From the NCBI GenBank assembly GCA_963803435.1, contig CAWDML010000008.1, positions 384,001-448,000 of the forward strand: a DNA stretch of 64,000 nucleotides. Direction: 5' to 3'. Below, piece by piece: positions 36,621 to 47,001 of this stretch; the first letter of the stretch is position 1; every line of letters starts with the position of its first letter. Position numbers and translations under genes: made by a program. Source of the stretch: an uncultured delta proteobacterium (GTDB taxonomy: Bacteria; Myxococcota; Kuafuiibacteriia; Kuafuiibacteriales; Kuafuiibacteriaceae). Below the pieces are notes generated by a model, which worked only from the letters and a program-made list of their open reading frames with translations, was not told the DNA's origin and ran no database searches.

Positions 36621-38111
36621 CCGTGGTGTTGCCGCTGGCGCTCCTCGCTCTGTCGGCCCCGCCGGCGGTGTATCGGTCTGCGATCGTCATCGGCGTCAAT
36701 CAACCCTTCGAGGATTCGCAGGTCGTCTTGCGCTATGCCGACGACGACGCCGCGCGCTTCTACGAGATCCTCGAGCCGCAGTTGAACGATCTCCAGCTGC
36801 TCACGGTGCTCGACGAGGAGAGCCAGCAGCTCTATCCGCACGCGGCCTCGGTGGCGCGGCCGCCGACGCGCGCCGAGCTGGTCGCGGCGCTCGAGCGCGC
36901 CTTCCGCGAGGCCAAGGTGGCCAAGGAGCGCGGGCATCGGGCCGAGCTCTACTTCATCTACACCGGCCACGGGCGGCTCCACGGCGGCGAGGGACAGGTC
37001 AAGCTGGCCGACGGCGAGCTGAGCCGCACTGAGCTCACCGATCTGCTCCTGTCGTCGGACGCCGACGATCGCATCCATCTGATCGTCGACGCCTGCAACG
37101 CCTATCACCTGGTGGCGGCGCGGGGAGAAGACGCGCGCGTGACGACCGAGCTCGATGATGCCTTCGAGAAGTTCGTCGAGGCCCACGAGCTCGATCGCTA
37201 CCCGCGCGTCGGAGTGGTGCTCTCGACCAGCGGCACCGGAGCGACCCACGAGTGGTCTCGCTATCGAGGCGGTGTGTTCAGCCACGAGGTCCGCAGCGCG
37301 CTCACCGGCGCGGCCGACGCCAATCAGGACGGACGCGTCGACTACGACGAGCTGGAGGCGTTCCTGGCCTCCGCCAACCTGGGGGTGCCCGTCCCGAAGG
37401 GGAAGCCGACAGTGTTCGTGCGGGCGCCCAAGATTCGAGCGTGGCGCCCCGTTGATCACGCTCGAGCGCGACCTCCCGGTCCTCACGCTCGCCGACGACG
37501 TCGCCGGGCACTACTACCTCGAAGACGACCGCGGGCTGCGCTACGCCGAGCTCAACAAGGCGAGCGGGCACTCGATGAAGCTGCGGCTCATCCCGCGGGC
37601 ACGGTATCTCTTGATGCGGAGCGACGGCGCCGAGGTCGCCGAGCTCGACGAGCCGCGAGGTGCGATCGCGGTGGCGCTGCCGTTCGATCTGAAGCCGGCC
37701 GCGAAGACGGAGCGGGGTGACGAGGCCCCGCCCGGCGTGTTCGAGGAGCCGTTCGGCCCGGCCTTCGTCGACGGCTTCCGCGCCAAGAACCTGGCGGAGC
37801 GGCTGGAGCTGGAGCCGAAGGCGGCGCCGCCGGACGCCGAGCTGGTCACCGAAGCGCCGCCCCCGAATCCGCTCCGGGACGGGCTCGGGTACGCGGCGGG
37901 CGGCGTGGCGTTCCTGGCCGCCGTCGGGACCATCTGGCAGGCCACCGTGGCGAGCCGGAAGGCGGACGCGTACTTCGACACCTACAACGACCGGGAGGAG
38001 GCGCGGCTCGAGGCGGACTCGATCGCGGCGCGCAACCGCGCCATCGGGCTGGGCGTCGCCGCCGGCGTCACCGCGGTCGGCTCGACGCTCCTGTTCCTCC
38101 TGTGGGAGTGA
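36617..38111 (+). CDS. Caspase-family (C14) peptidase, secreted/membrane anchored; apparent frameshift at 37432-37436
   Basis: IVIGVN, LRYADDDA, YTGHG and VDAC dyad. The frame joins ORF 37155..38111 if GATTC is read as GATC (KIERGAPL). Confidence 0.8.
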
Positions 38112-38114
38112 GCC

Positions 38115-39750
38115 TCAGAGCTGGACGTTGCAGGCGCTGACCGAGGTGTCGCACGCGCCCACCTCGATCGAGGGCGACGTGCACGCGTCGAACGCGAGGA
38201 ATCGGATCCGTGCACGAGTTGAAGATGCAGGTGTCGCCCTGGCCCGCGCAGTCGTCGAAGCACCCGAGCATCCCGTCGGCCTGCACGCCGCAGTCCCCGC
38301 TGGTGCACGCGATGACGCCGCCCAGCACGCACTGCGCACAGGCGTCGTCGCCCAGACACTGGAGGATGCAACCGGTCGTCGGGAACGCGGTCGTCCGGCA
38401 CTGGTCGTAGCAGGCCTGGAAGTCGGGACAGACGGTGCCCTGCGGCGGCAGCGGGCTGTACGGCTCGACCATGACCAGCGTGTTGAGACACATCTCGTCG
38501 AGCGTCCGCTCGCCCCACCAGACCTCTGTGGGCTCGAGCTGCACGCCGTTGACGACCGGTTGGTTCGCCGCGGAGTTGTCGTACCAGCACTCGAGGCGGA
38601 GCTTCTCGCCCGGGTTCACGATCAGCGTCTCGCCCGGCCGCATCAGGTAGCCCTGCTGCCAGTTGAAGTCCCAGCGCGGCACGTCGATCACGCACTCCTC
38701 CCTGCCATCGGTCGCGATCTTGGTGGTCTTGAGGCGCGTGCCCAGCAGGTGCATGTGCGGGGCGGTCGACACGATCGTCCAGGGCTGGGCGTCGGTGTTC
38801 ACAAACTCGCGGGTCTGGTGCGAGCTTGCGTCGCCCGCGGGGATGTCGAGGCCCAGGTAGGGGAAGAAGACCGCGCGGAGGAGCCAGGTCGGCCTGCCGG
38901 GGAGGAACCACATCTGGATCGAGGAGCGATCCGGCACCGCGGGACCGGCCAACGTGTTGTAGTGCATCTGCATGACGATCTTCGATCCCGCCGGGATGCG
39001 AACGGCGGCGTCGTCGCTCCCCGGCGCGATCGGCGTGCCCGGCACCCAGCCGGCGATCGGCTGGGGCTGACCGGCGCCCACGCCTCCGAAGCAGGTGTAC
39101 CCGGGGCCCGCCTCCGCCGCGTCGAGGGCCTCGACCTGTGACACGTACTGCGGCGGGACCAGGTAGAGGATGACGTGGTGCACCAGGTCGCGCTGATCGG
39201 GCAGCACGTTCGAGGTGCGAAGATAGGTCTCCGCGGGGAACTCGTGGTCCATCACGAAGCAGCGATAGTCGTCGGGCCGCTCCGCGTTCGGCGTGTAGGG
39301 CGCCGGGATCGAGAGCGTCAGCGTGGGCGCGCCGATGTCGGGAGAGAGGCCGCTGCCGCGGGTCGGGACATAGTCGGCAGGATCGCCTTCGATCATCCCT
39401 TCCTCCATCCAGGCGCGGAAGACGGCGATCTGCGCCGGCGTGATCAATCGTTCGGCCTGGTAGTGGCGGCAGCTCGGGTCGGGGAGCCACGGCGGCATGA
39501 GCCCGGACTCGACGGCGCCGACCACCGTCGGCGCGTAGGTCACCAGCGCCTGGTAGGAGTCGAGCGCGAAGGGACCGATGCCGCCCGGGACGTGGCAGGC
39601 CAGGCACTTGTCCTCCACCAGCGCGCGGACGTCCTTCTGATACGTGACGCCGGCCGGAGGCGGCATCATCTGCTGCGCGTCGTCGCCGTTGTTCGGGTCG
39701 GAGCAGGCAAAGAGCAGCGGGGCCAGCAGGGCCGCGAGCATCCTTTTCAC
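38115..39750 (-). CDS. Lipoprotein: c-type heme + copper type II monooxygenase domains + Cys-rich tail (apparent frameshift at about 38200)
   Basis: Lipobox LFAC, CLACH, MPPW, VHHVILY, QMHYN, PHMHLLG, WDFNWQ and DEMC. Confidence 0.8.
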
Positions 39751-40862
39751 GTGGGGCACCTCTTCATCCTCCGCCGGGCGTACGCGAGCACGCCCCACCA
39801 CCCGACCAGTCCGAGGCCGAACGGACTGCCACCTTTCTTCGCTCGAGTCGCGCGGCATGCGCAACCGGAGCCCGGATCGGGGGATCCGGAGGGTCTCCAC
39901 CGAGGTCGAGGCCGGCCTCCGAGGCGAAGTCGAGCCATTCGGCGCGACAGCCGGGGACGTCGGCCAGCGGGGCGGTGACGTCCGCCAGGTCGAAGCGGAG
40001 CGCGCCGAACGCTCCGCCCGGAGACAGCGAGTAGATCACGGTCTGTGCGCACAGATAGGGTCCGAGCTCCGCGGTCTCACCGAGGCAGGTCACCCGGCGC
40101 GGCGTCTCGAGCGGTGTCAACCTGTCCTGCGCGCTGTGGAGGACGCCCTCGATCACCACGTACGGTGCGCCGTCGGCCTCGACCGGGCCGAGGATCGGCG
40201 AGTCGGTCTCTCCCACCAGCGTCGAATGATCCTCGGCGTCGACGCGGACGAGCGCGAACGCGGTGGCGCCGGCCTGGAGCACGACGAACAAGCTCGACGC
40301 CGTCGGCCGGAGCGAGGGCGTGCCCGGCTGCTCGACCGCGATCCTCCGGACCGCCTCCGGTCGACCGTCGAGGTCGAGGGCCTGGATCACGAGGTCGTCG
40401 GCCTCGCGCCGGCCGATCAGGATCCCCTCCGGTGTCGGCGCGGCGTCGTTCCAGGCGTCGGAGGAGCGCCAGACCGGCTCGGCCGCGGGACCGAGGCGTA
40501 CCAGCCTCGGTGATCGCGCCGCTGCTGGTGAACGCGAACGCGGCGTCACCGGCGGTGAAGAGCTCGCGGACCCCGTCGGCTGGGAGGATCGGCGCCGACG
40601 CCGATGTCAACTCGACTTGCACCACGCCGGCCGTGCCGGCAACCCAGGTTGCACCGGTCGAGTCGGCGGCGGCGTCGGGCGCATCGGGACCTCCCCAGAG
40701 CGAAGGGCAGAGGAAGCGGGGCGCGCCGCCGCTGTCCGCTACCAGCCCGTGGGCCATCCGGAACACGCCGGGAGCCAGCGCTTCGAGCACCGCCGGCGTC
40801 CGGTGGGCATCCGCGGTCGCGGGCGCCATCAGGACGGCCACCGCTGCGATGCAGGCCCGCAC
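39747..40862 (-). CDS. Secreted protein with MYXO-CTERM-like tail, split by two apparent frameshifts (about 40505 and about 39880)
   Basis: Signal peptide ...ADAH in one frame, middle part in ORF 39764..40549, GSGCAC...LGLVGWWGVLAYARRR in ORF 39747..40052. Confidence 0.5.
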
Positions 40863-40913
40863 CGCGGCGATGCTATCATCGCCAGTCGGCCGCCGGCGGT
40901 TGTAGGCGGTCCT

Positions 40914-42029
40914 ATGACGCGGCTCCTCTTGGTTTCCCTCGCGCTGGGCGCCCTGCTCCAGACCCGCGACGCGCAAGCGTGCGGCGGTTTCTACTGTAGC
41001 CAGGTTCCGGTGCTCCAGACGTCCGAGCGGGTGGTCTTCGAGATCGACGGCGACACGATCACCGCCTACGTCCAGCTCCAGTACCAAGGAGACGATCCGA
41101 ACTTTGCGTGGATCGTACCGGTGCCCGAGGTCCCCGAGGTCGAGGTCGGGGTCGGGCAACAGATGTTCGCGATCCTCGAGGCCGAGACGAAGCCGATCTT
41201 CGTCCACACCGCGACCGGCGCCGCCACCGCACCGCTCGCCGACGCCTCGTTCAACTCCCTCGGCTGCGGCGGGTTCGACTTCGGCAAGCCGACGATGTTG
41301 CTCCAGTATGTCCCGGTGCCGAACGTCGACGTCCTGGCCAACGAGCAGGTGGGGCCCTACGACGTCGTCACCATCTCCGCAGAGAGCGCGGAGGATCTGA
41401 ACAACTGGCTGCGCGCCAACGGCTACCGGGTGGCCCAGGGCTCGGACGGGATCGTCCAGACGTATCTCGACGCCGGGATGAAGCTGTTGGCGTTGAAGCT
41501 CGCACCGGAGGCGGGTTCGACCGCCATCGAGCCGATCAAGCTGACGTACCACGACTCCCGCGGCTGCGCGGCCATCCCGGTCAAGCTCACCGCGATCGCC
41601 GCGGTGCCCGGCCTCGAGATCGTCACCTGGGTGTTCGGCGAGAGCCGCGCCGGGCCGACCAACTACGCGCCGGTGCACGTCCCCACCGACAGCCTCTTCA
41701 CCGCGGAGGACTACGCGCCGGCGCTGGCCGCCGCCGTCGACGCCTCGGGAGGGCGCGGCTTCGTCACCGAGTATGCCGCGAAGACCGAGGCGCTCCTCGC
41801 CTACGGTGACCCGGTGGTGGAGAGCCTGATCGCGCGCCACGGCTACGTGACGCGCCTGCGCACGTTCCTCGACCCGGCCGAGATGACGGCGGATCCCGAG
41901 CTCGACGTCGACGTCGGCGGCGGGGACGTCGGCCGCGAGGTCGAGCTGCGCACCCCCATGCAGATGTCGACGGGCGTGTTCGTGCTGCTCGTGCTGGCGG
42001 TCGTCGCGATCAAGCGGAGGCGGTCATGA
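40914..42029 (+). CDS. DUF2330-domain protein
   Basis: AQACGGFYC, YQGDDPNFAWIVPVP, VGPYD and WLRANGY. Confidence 0.85.
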   Translation: MTRLLLVSLALGALLQTRDAQACGGFYCSQVPVLQTSERVVFEIDGDTITAYVQLQYQGDDPNFAWIVPVPEVPEVEVGVGQQMFAILEAETKPIFVHTATGAATAPLADASFNSLGCGGFDFGKPTMLLQYVPVPNVDVLANEQVGPYDVVTISAESAEDLNNWLRANGYRVAQGSDGIVQTYLDAGMKLLALKLAPEAGSTAIEPIKLTYHDSRGCAAIPVKLTAIAAVPGLEIVTWVFGESRAGPTNYAPVHVPTDSLFTAEDYAPALAAAVDASGGRGFVTEYAAKTEALLAYGDPVVESLIARHGYVTRLRTFLDPAEMTADPELDVDVGGGDVGREVELRTPMQMSTGVFVLLVLAVVAIKRRRS

Positions 42030-42418
42030 AGATGCCTGCGATCATGCTCTCGCTCTTTCTGTTCGCCTGCGACGGCAACGCGCCCCCGGTCCTCGGCGAG
42101 CTCCGCCTCAGCGCTCCCACTTCGCAGCTGGGCGCTCCATTCTACGTGACGCTGGCGGGGGTCGAGGATCCGGACGGCAACGTCTATGCCGGCAAGGTGC
42201 GGGTGAAGGCCGAGCCGAAGCGCGGGGGAGGCCCGGCGCTCGAGGAGGAGCTCTTCCCGGACGAGCCCGGCCTCGACCAGCCGAAGGGTGACATCATCGT
42301 CGGCGTCTCGATCCGCGGCGACGTGCCGCTCGGCCCGTGGCGGCTCGAGGTGGTCTACGAGGACGAGGCCGGTGCCGCCACCGCCCCCGGCGAGGTCGAG
42401 ATCACCCTGACGCGCTGA
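42026..42418 (+). CDS. Small lipoprotein
   Basis: Lipobox LFAC; ATGA overlap with the upstream gene. Confidence 0.65.
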   Translation: MKMPAIMLSLFLFACDGNAPPVLGELRLSAPTSQLGAPFYVTLAGVEDPDGNVYAGKVRVKAEPKRGGGPALEEELFPDEPGLDQPKGDIIVGVSIRGDVPLGPWRLEVVYEDEAGAATAPGEVEITLTR

Positions 42419-42483
42419 GCTGTCGCAAACCTTTTACAAATCCAGCGGAGAACTTTCGGACCGCCGGCTCGTTGGAAGCGCCG

Positions 42484-43551
42484 ATGACATCCCGAGCTCT
42501 CTCCTTCACCACCCTCCTGACCCTCGGGCTCGCTTCGACCGCCTACGCCGGCGAAGCAGACGAGAAGGCCGCCGCCCAGATCCTCGACCAGCGGATGAAG
42601 ACCCAGCGCCCCGACGACTATGTGATCCTCAAGTCGGTCGAAGGCAAAGACGTCGTCGTCGTCGCCGGCTCCATGGACCACATCGAACAGGTCCTCACCG
42701 CCGCCCACATTCGGCACACTCTGGTTCAGCCCGCGCAAGTCGCCGGCCTCGACCTCAACGCGAACCAGATCCTGATGATCAACTGCCCCGGAATCATCCC
42801 GCAACCCGGCTTGCGCCGCATCGAAAAGTTCGTCCGCGCGGGCGGCCTCCTCTACACCACCGACTGGTCCCTGGTGAACGTGGTGCAGAAGATCTTCCCC
42901 GGCACCATCGCCCACAACGGCGTCGGCACCGGCGACCACGTCACCCCGGTCCAGGTCGACCAGAAGCACGACGACCTCATGAGCAACATGCTCCTCAAGG
43001 CCGGCCACGAGCCCCAATGGTGGCTCGAGGGCGGCAGCTACCCGATCAAGATCCTGGATCCCAAGAAGGTGGAGGTGCTCGCCTCCAGCGCGGAGATGAA
43101 GAAGCAGTACGGCGCCGCGCCGGTGGTGGTTCGGTTCAAGTGGGACGACGGCGAGGTCATCCACGTGGTGTCGCACTTCTACCGGCAAGTGCAGACGCAG
43201 GGCCCGGCGATCGCGGCCAAGGACGCGATCGACGGCGTCGAGGGGATGAGCAAGGCCGACAAGGAGGCGTTCAAGAAGGGCGAGGGCGCGAACGCGAAGT
43301 TCGGCGACGTCGCTTCGAGCTACGCGTTCCAGCAGATGACCTCGAACCTGGTGGTCGAGAAGCAGAAGGCGAACAAGGATCTCGACAAGAGCTACGCGTA
43401 CACGCCCTCGGCACCGGTGGTCATCGATGGGCGGCGGGCGAGCAAGGGCGACCGCATCAAGGTGCTGGAGCGCAAGGCCGGCAAGGTGCGGGCGCGCGAC
43501 GACCGCGGCAATGAGGCCTGGCTCGACGAGGCGGTGCTGGAAGCGCGGTGA
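42484..43551 (+). CDS. Secreted hypothetical protein (class I GATase-like fold plus SH3-like tail)
   Basis: Signal peptide AYA; INCPG, FVRAGGLLYTTDWSL and VIHVVSHFY. Confidence 0.65.
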   Translation: MTSRALSFTTLLTLGLASTAYAGEADEKAAAQILDQRMKTQRPDDYVILKSVEGKDVVVVAGSMDHIEQVLTAAHIRHTLVQPAQVAGLDLNANQILMINCPGIIPQPGLRRIEKFVRAGGLLYTTDWSLVNVVQKIFPGTIAHNGVGTGDHVTPVQVDQKHDDLMSNMLLKAGHEPQWWLEGGSYPIKILDPKKVEVLASSAEMKKQYGAAPVVVRFKWDDGEVIHVVSHFYRQVQTQGPAIAAKDAIDGVEGMSKADKEAFKKGEGANAKFGDVASSYAFQQMTSNLVVEKQKANKDLDKSYAYTPSAPVVIDGRRASKGDRIKVLERKAGKVRARDDRGNEAWLDEAVLEAR

Positions 43552-43955
43552 TGCGCCGGCTCCTCGGCGCGATCCTGCTGGCGGACTTCGTGTTCGTGGT
43601 CCTGGTCGGGGCCGCCTTCCTGTGGCTCCCGGAGCTCTCGCTTCGAGGGGCGGCGCTCCTCCTCAGCACGCTCCTCTCGCTCGTGGGTCGAGGCGGTCCG
43701 GGGCGGGTCGCGCGGCGCGCGTTCGCAGGGGGCGGTGCGATCGTCACGGCGTCCGCGATCGTCTCTCCCGAGGGCCTCTCGGCGGGGGTCTGGTGCGGGC
43801 TGCTTCTGATGAGCGTGAGCCTGGCGGTCGGGCTCCACGTCATCCTGGTGCTGGGGGTGATGCTGGTGCGTTCCGAGGCGATCGAGCGGGGTGGTGGGGA
43901 GGCGGGATGGCTGTCGATCGCTCCGGCGGGGGGCGTCGGGCTCGTCGAGGGGTGA
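43548..43955 (+). CDS. Hypothetical membrane protein
   Basis: About four hydrophobic segments; GTGA overlap. Confidence 0.5.
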   Translation: MMRRLLGAILLADFVFVVLVGAAFLWLPELSLRGAALLLSTLLSLVGRGGPGRVARRAFAGGGAIVTASAIVSPEGLSAGVWCGLLLMSVSLAVGLHVILVLGVMLVRSEAIERGGGEAGWLSIAPAGGVGLVEG

Positions 43956-43965
43956 GCGGCGGGGA

Positions 43966-44241
43966 TCAGTCCTCGATGTCGAGCGCGGCTTCTAGGCGCT
44001 GGACCTTCTGTTCGAGCACGTCCACTCGGCGCGGTAGGAAACCGTTGCTCGTCTCCATCTTGGAGAGGCGTGTGTCGATGCCGCGGGTGATCGCGGAAAG
44101 GATGGAGAGGCGATCGTTGTTGTCGTCGAGGCGTCGGTTGGTGTCGTCGAGTCGCCGGTTGGTCGCCTGGACCTCCTCTTTGGTGCCGCGGATCTCGTCG
44201 CGGATCTCAATGAGGATGTTGGTGGTGAGCTCGTCCGCCAC
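43966..44241 (-). CDS. Small coiled-coil protein with heptad repeats
   Basis: TNRRLDD repeats; ILIEIRDEIR. Confidence 0.65.
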   Translation of the reverse strand: MADELTTNILIEIRDEIRGTKEEVQATNRRLDDTNRRLDDNNDRLSILSAITRGIDTRLSKMETSNGFLPRRVDVLEQKVQRLEAALDIED

Positions 44242-44596
44242 GGTCTCATCTTGATGATCGGGGTTCGGGTCGGTCAAGTCGCGCGGGCCCTGCTTTCGTT
44301 GCGGAGATCCATAGGGCCGATGATTCGAACGGGTCACCTCTCTCGCGGCTGCACGGTCGCTCGCCCTCATCGGCTGCCCAGCCCTCGCGAAGTGATCACT
44401 GGCGAGCGGCCGAAGATCTCGGCTGCCCGCGCAACGAGCTGGATGACGCGGCTCGTGAGTCGACTTTCAGTCGACCAGCCTGAACCCACCGCCTTTAGGC
44501 GGTGGTAACGGAGGCTCAGTTCCGGGTTCGAGATACTGGGCCGGCGCGTACGACGACTGAGCCGAGGGTGGATGATCACCGACCTCACCCACGCGC

Positions 44597-44809
44597 TCAA
44601 CCGGGGGGCGGCCGTACCAGCCGGAGCTCGTTCCTCGCGCCGCACTCGGGGCAGCGCATCACGCGCACGACGACATCGGGCGCGTCCTCCGCGTGGATGT
44701 CTTCGACCTCCAGGTCCGAACGCCCACAGTGCGGACAGGGCACGTCCGCGGCCGGGTCTGCAGCAATCCTCTTTCCTGCTTGGATCCATTTCGTTGTTTC
44801 TTCGCTCAT
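44597..44809 (-). CDS. Small Zn-ribbon protein, possible immunity protein
   Basis: CPHC...CPEC; ATGA-coupled to the upstream toxin-like fragment. Confidence 0.55.
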   Translation of the reverse strand: MSEETTKWIQAGKRIAADPAADVPCPHCGRSDLEVEDIHAEDAPDVVVRVMRCPECGARNELRLVRPPPG

Positions 44810-45009
44810 TGGACCAACACCCCCGCGGCGCGCTCCGCGAAACTCGCCGCAGCTTTCGTCTCCTTCGTGGCCAGGTCGCGCGAAACGCCGCCGGCTGACG
44901 CGCTCGTGGCAAGTCGATAGAGTTCGTGAAGAACAGTCTTGCCCAGCTCCGCCCCGGACGCGAATGCTTCATGACCGATCAGGAAACCGTTTTCGCCGAA
45001 CATCGTCAT
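44806..45009 (-). pseudogene. Orphan polymorphic-toxin C-terminal-like fragment
   Basis: GFLIGHEAFASGAELGKTVLHELYRL resembles C-termini I recall from RHS-type proteins; no RHS core is present. Confidence 0.4.
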
Positions 45010-45159
45010 CCCGGCAACGTCCGAGCGAGCAGGAAGTCACAAGTCGGACTGCGCCGCGGAGGCTCTCTTCGGTTCTGTCGAAGGCATCGCTGCCGAGATC
45101 ATCGAGAGGGGTCCTATCCCCGCAGCTGCGCCTCCAGTCGCCGCGGCAAAGCAAGGTTA

Positions 45160-45388
45160 CCCGGTTGCCTTCACCTCCGTCCCGACCGGTGCGAGCGTAC
45201 TCGTGGATGACAATCCTGTCTGTACCACCCCTTGTGAGCATTGGATCACCTCGGGAAGACACGAAGTACGAATGCAGAAGCAGGGCCACGTCATGGCGGA
45301 GCGATTCATCACTGTTGACGTCGAAACTCCGCCGGTGACGATGCGGTTACTGGAGGGCAGTCGAAAACCGTTCCGAGCCAAGTGGTAG
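45160..45388 (+). pseudogene. PEGA-domain fragment
   Basis: FTSVPTGASVLVDDNPVCTTPC...GRHEVRMQKQGH. Confidence 0.55.
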
Positions 45389-45478
45389 CCAGATCTGTGC
45401 GGGCGGCCGCCTAATTCCAGCTCTCCGATCCGAAGCACAATCAACGGCTTGGTGCTCATCGGACCGGTCAACCAGGTA

Positions 45479-45781
45479 GAGGGCGGCAGCTACCCGATCA
45501 AGATCCTGGATCCCAAGAAGGTCGAGGTGCTCGCCTCCAGCGCGGAGATGAAGAAGCAGTACGGCGCCGCGCCGGTGGTCGTTCGGTTCAAGTGGCACGA
45601 CGGCGAAATCATTCACGTGGTGTCGCATCTACCGCCAGGTGCAGACGCACGGCCCGGCGATCGCGGCCAAGGACGCGATCGACGGCGTCGAGGGGATGAG
45701 CAAGGCCGACAAGGAGGCGTTCAAGAAGGGCGAGGGCGCGAACGCGAAGTTCGGCGACATCGCTTCGAGCTACGCGTTCCA
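45479..45781 (+). repeat. About 300-bp direct duplicate of 43027-43331 (internal part of gene 42484..43551)
   Basis: Near-identical gagggcggcagctacccgatcaagatcctggatcccaagaag...tacgcgttcca, with a few substitutions and a frameshift. Confidence 0.9.
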
Positions 45782-45819
45782 CGATCTCCACCACGATCAC
45801 GATGACGATCACGATCACG
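45781..45819 (+). repeat. Degenerate CACGAT hexamer tandem repeat
   Basis: acgatctccaccacgatcacgatgacgatcacgatcacg. Confidence 0.65.
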
Positions 45820-46070
45820 AGGTTTCGCGAACGCGGATCTTCGAGCGTAGTGCGCTCGCCGATGCTGGTGAAGTCGGTCATCACCGCGAAACAGTGCTGT
45901 GCATTGGGACGTTCTCCTTCCGATCCGCTCCGTCACGTCTGCGTGTAGCAGCCTCTGCATTTGAGCGCTCCTCCAGGTTCGCAGCGTGTCTCGTGACACG
46001 CGCCGGGTGTGACACGGCCGCCGATCCCCCTCGCCCCGTCGTTGGCCTCCTGATTGCTCGACGCCCCCGC

Positions 46071-46598
46071 ATGAAACTCCAGACCGGCATCCGACTCTCG
46101 GGCGCGCTCGCGCTCGCGCTCCTCTCAACTGCGTGTGTCTACACGCCGGAGAGCGGCACGTTCTTCGATCCCGGCGTGAGCAAGGCCTTCGGCGGCCTCG
46201 CCTCTCGTCCGGGCGCCACGATTCAGCTGTACGGCTTCAACAAGAACACCGGCGCCTGGGTGCAGCTCGCCCAGACCACCGCAGGCACCACGCCGCGGGC
46301 GTTCAACGACAATCACACGCACTACTACTGGAACGTCGACTACCGGCTGCAGAATCGAGGCGACTGGCAGTGCTTCCTCTCGCCGAGCTGCAGCATTCCG
46401 GGCGAGGGGACCTACGAGGTTCGCTTCCAGGTGAAGGAGGTCAACGGTACCGCGCCCATCCTGTACACGTTCGATCAAGGCGGGCTCGCCTGCTGGTCGA
46501 CGAACTACAACTCCGGGCAGGACATGTACGCCGCCTACTGGCCGTGCCGCGCTCAGTACTACGACGAGGTCCGGCTGAAGGTCGCGATCATCTGGTAA
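46071..46598 (+). CDS. Hypothetical lipoprotein
   Basis: MKLQTGIRLSGALALALLSTAC lipobox. Confidence 0.7.
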   Translation: MKLQTGIRLSGALALALLSTACVYTPESGTFFDPGVSKAFGGLASRPGATIQLYGFNKNTGAWVQLAQTTAGTTPRAFNDNHTHYYWNVDYRLQNRGDWQCFLSPSCSIPGEGTYEVRFQVKEVNGTAPILYTFDQGGLACWSTNYNSGQDMYAAYWPCRAQYYDEVRLKVAIIW

Positions 46599-46621
46599 GA
46601 GGCGCGCGTTGAGCGCTCACG

Positions 46622-46813
46622 TCAGGGAGTGCGCACCGCCCTCCGACTCAGCACCAGCGCCAGCCCGAGCGTGAGCAGCAGGATCGCGTGCTCGGGCTCC
46701 ACCAGGTAGTGGAGCAGGGGATATGCGTCGGTGGTGCCGTGGCCCGGGTGCGCGAGCACGAGGCGCGGCAGCATCGAGAGGACGAACGCGAGGACCATCA
46801 GCAGGATTCTCAT
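46622..46813 (-). CDS. Small His-containing membrane protein resembling the HupE/UreJ N-terminus
   Basis: Signal peptide then AHPGHG...HYLVEPEH and one TM; divergent from the hydrogenase operon. Confidence 0.55.
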   Translation of the reverse strand: MRILLMVLAFVLSMLPRLVLAHPGHGTTDAYPLLHYLVEPEHAILLLTLGLALVLSRRAVRTP

Positions 46814-46973
46814 CTTCAGCTCCAGTTGGCCGACTCCTTCAAGTAGAGGGCCACGGTCCATCGCCCCGACCGGCGCGCGCTCCGTCACGGATACGCCATC
46901 GAGTGTTTCGAGGTCCGTCACCGATCTGTGACCCGACACCCGCGTCAACCGGGGCAAGCCGGGCGCGCGCGCT

Positions 46974-46989
46974 TGGCACGACGATTGAG
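46974..46989 (+). promoter_or_regulatory. Sigma54-like promoter of the hydrogenase operon
   Basis: TGGCACG-ACGA-TTGAG; palindrome GTCAC-N6-GTGAC at 46917-46932 upstream. Confidence 0.55.
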
Positions 46990-47001
46990 GTATGCCGGCG
47001 A

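Noticed and set aside
43027-45781. 300-bp duplicate as a DGR template/variable repeat
   Set aside because: Differences are mostly G/C/T changes plus an indel rather than adenine-specific, and there is no RT nearby.
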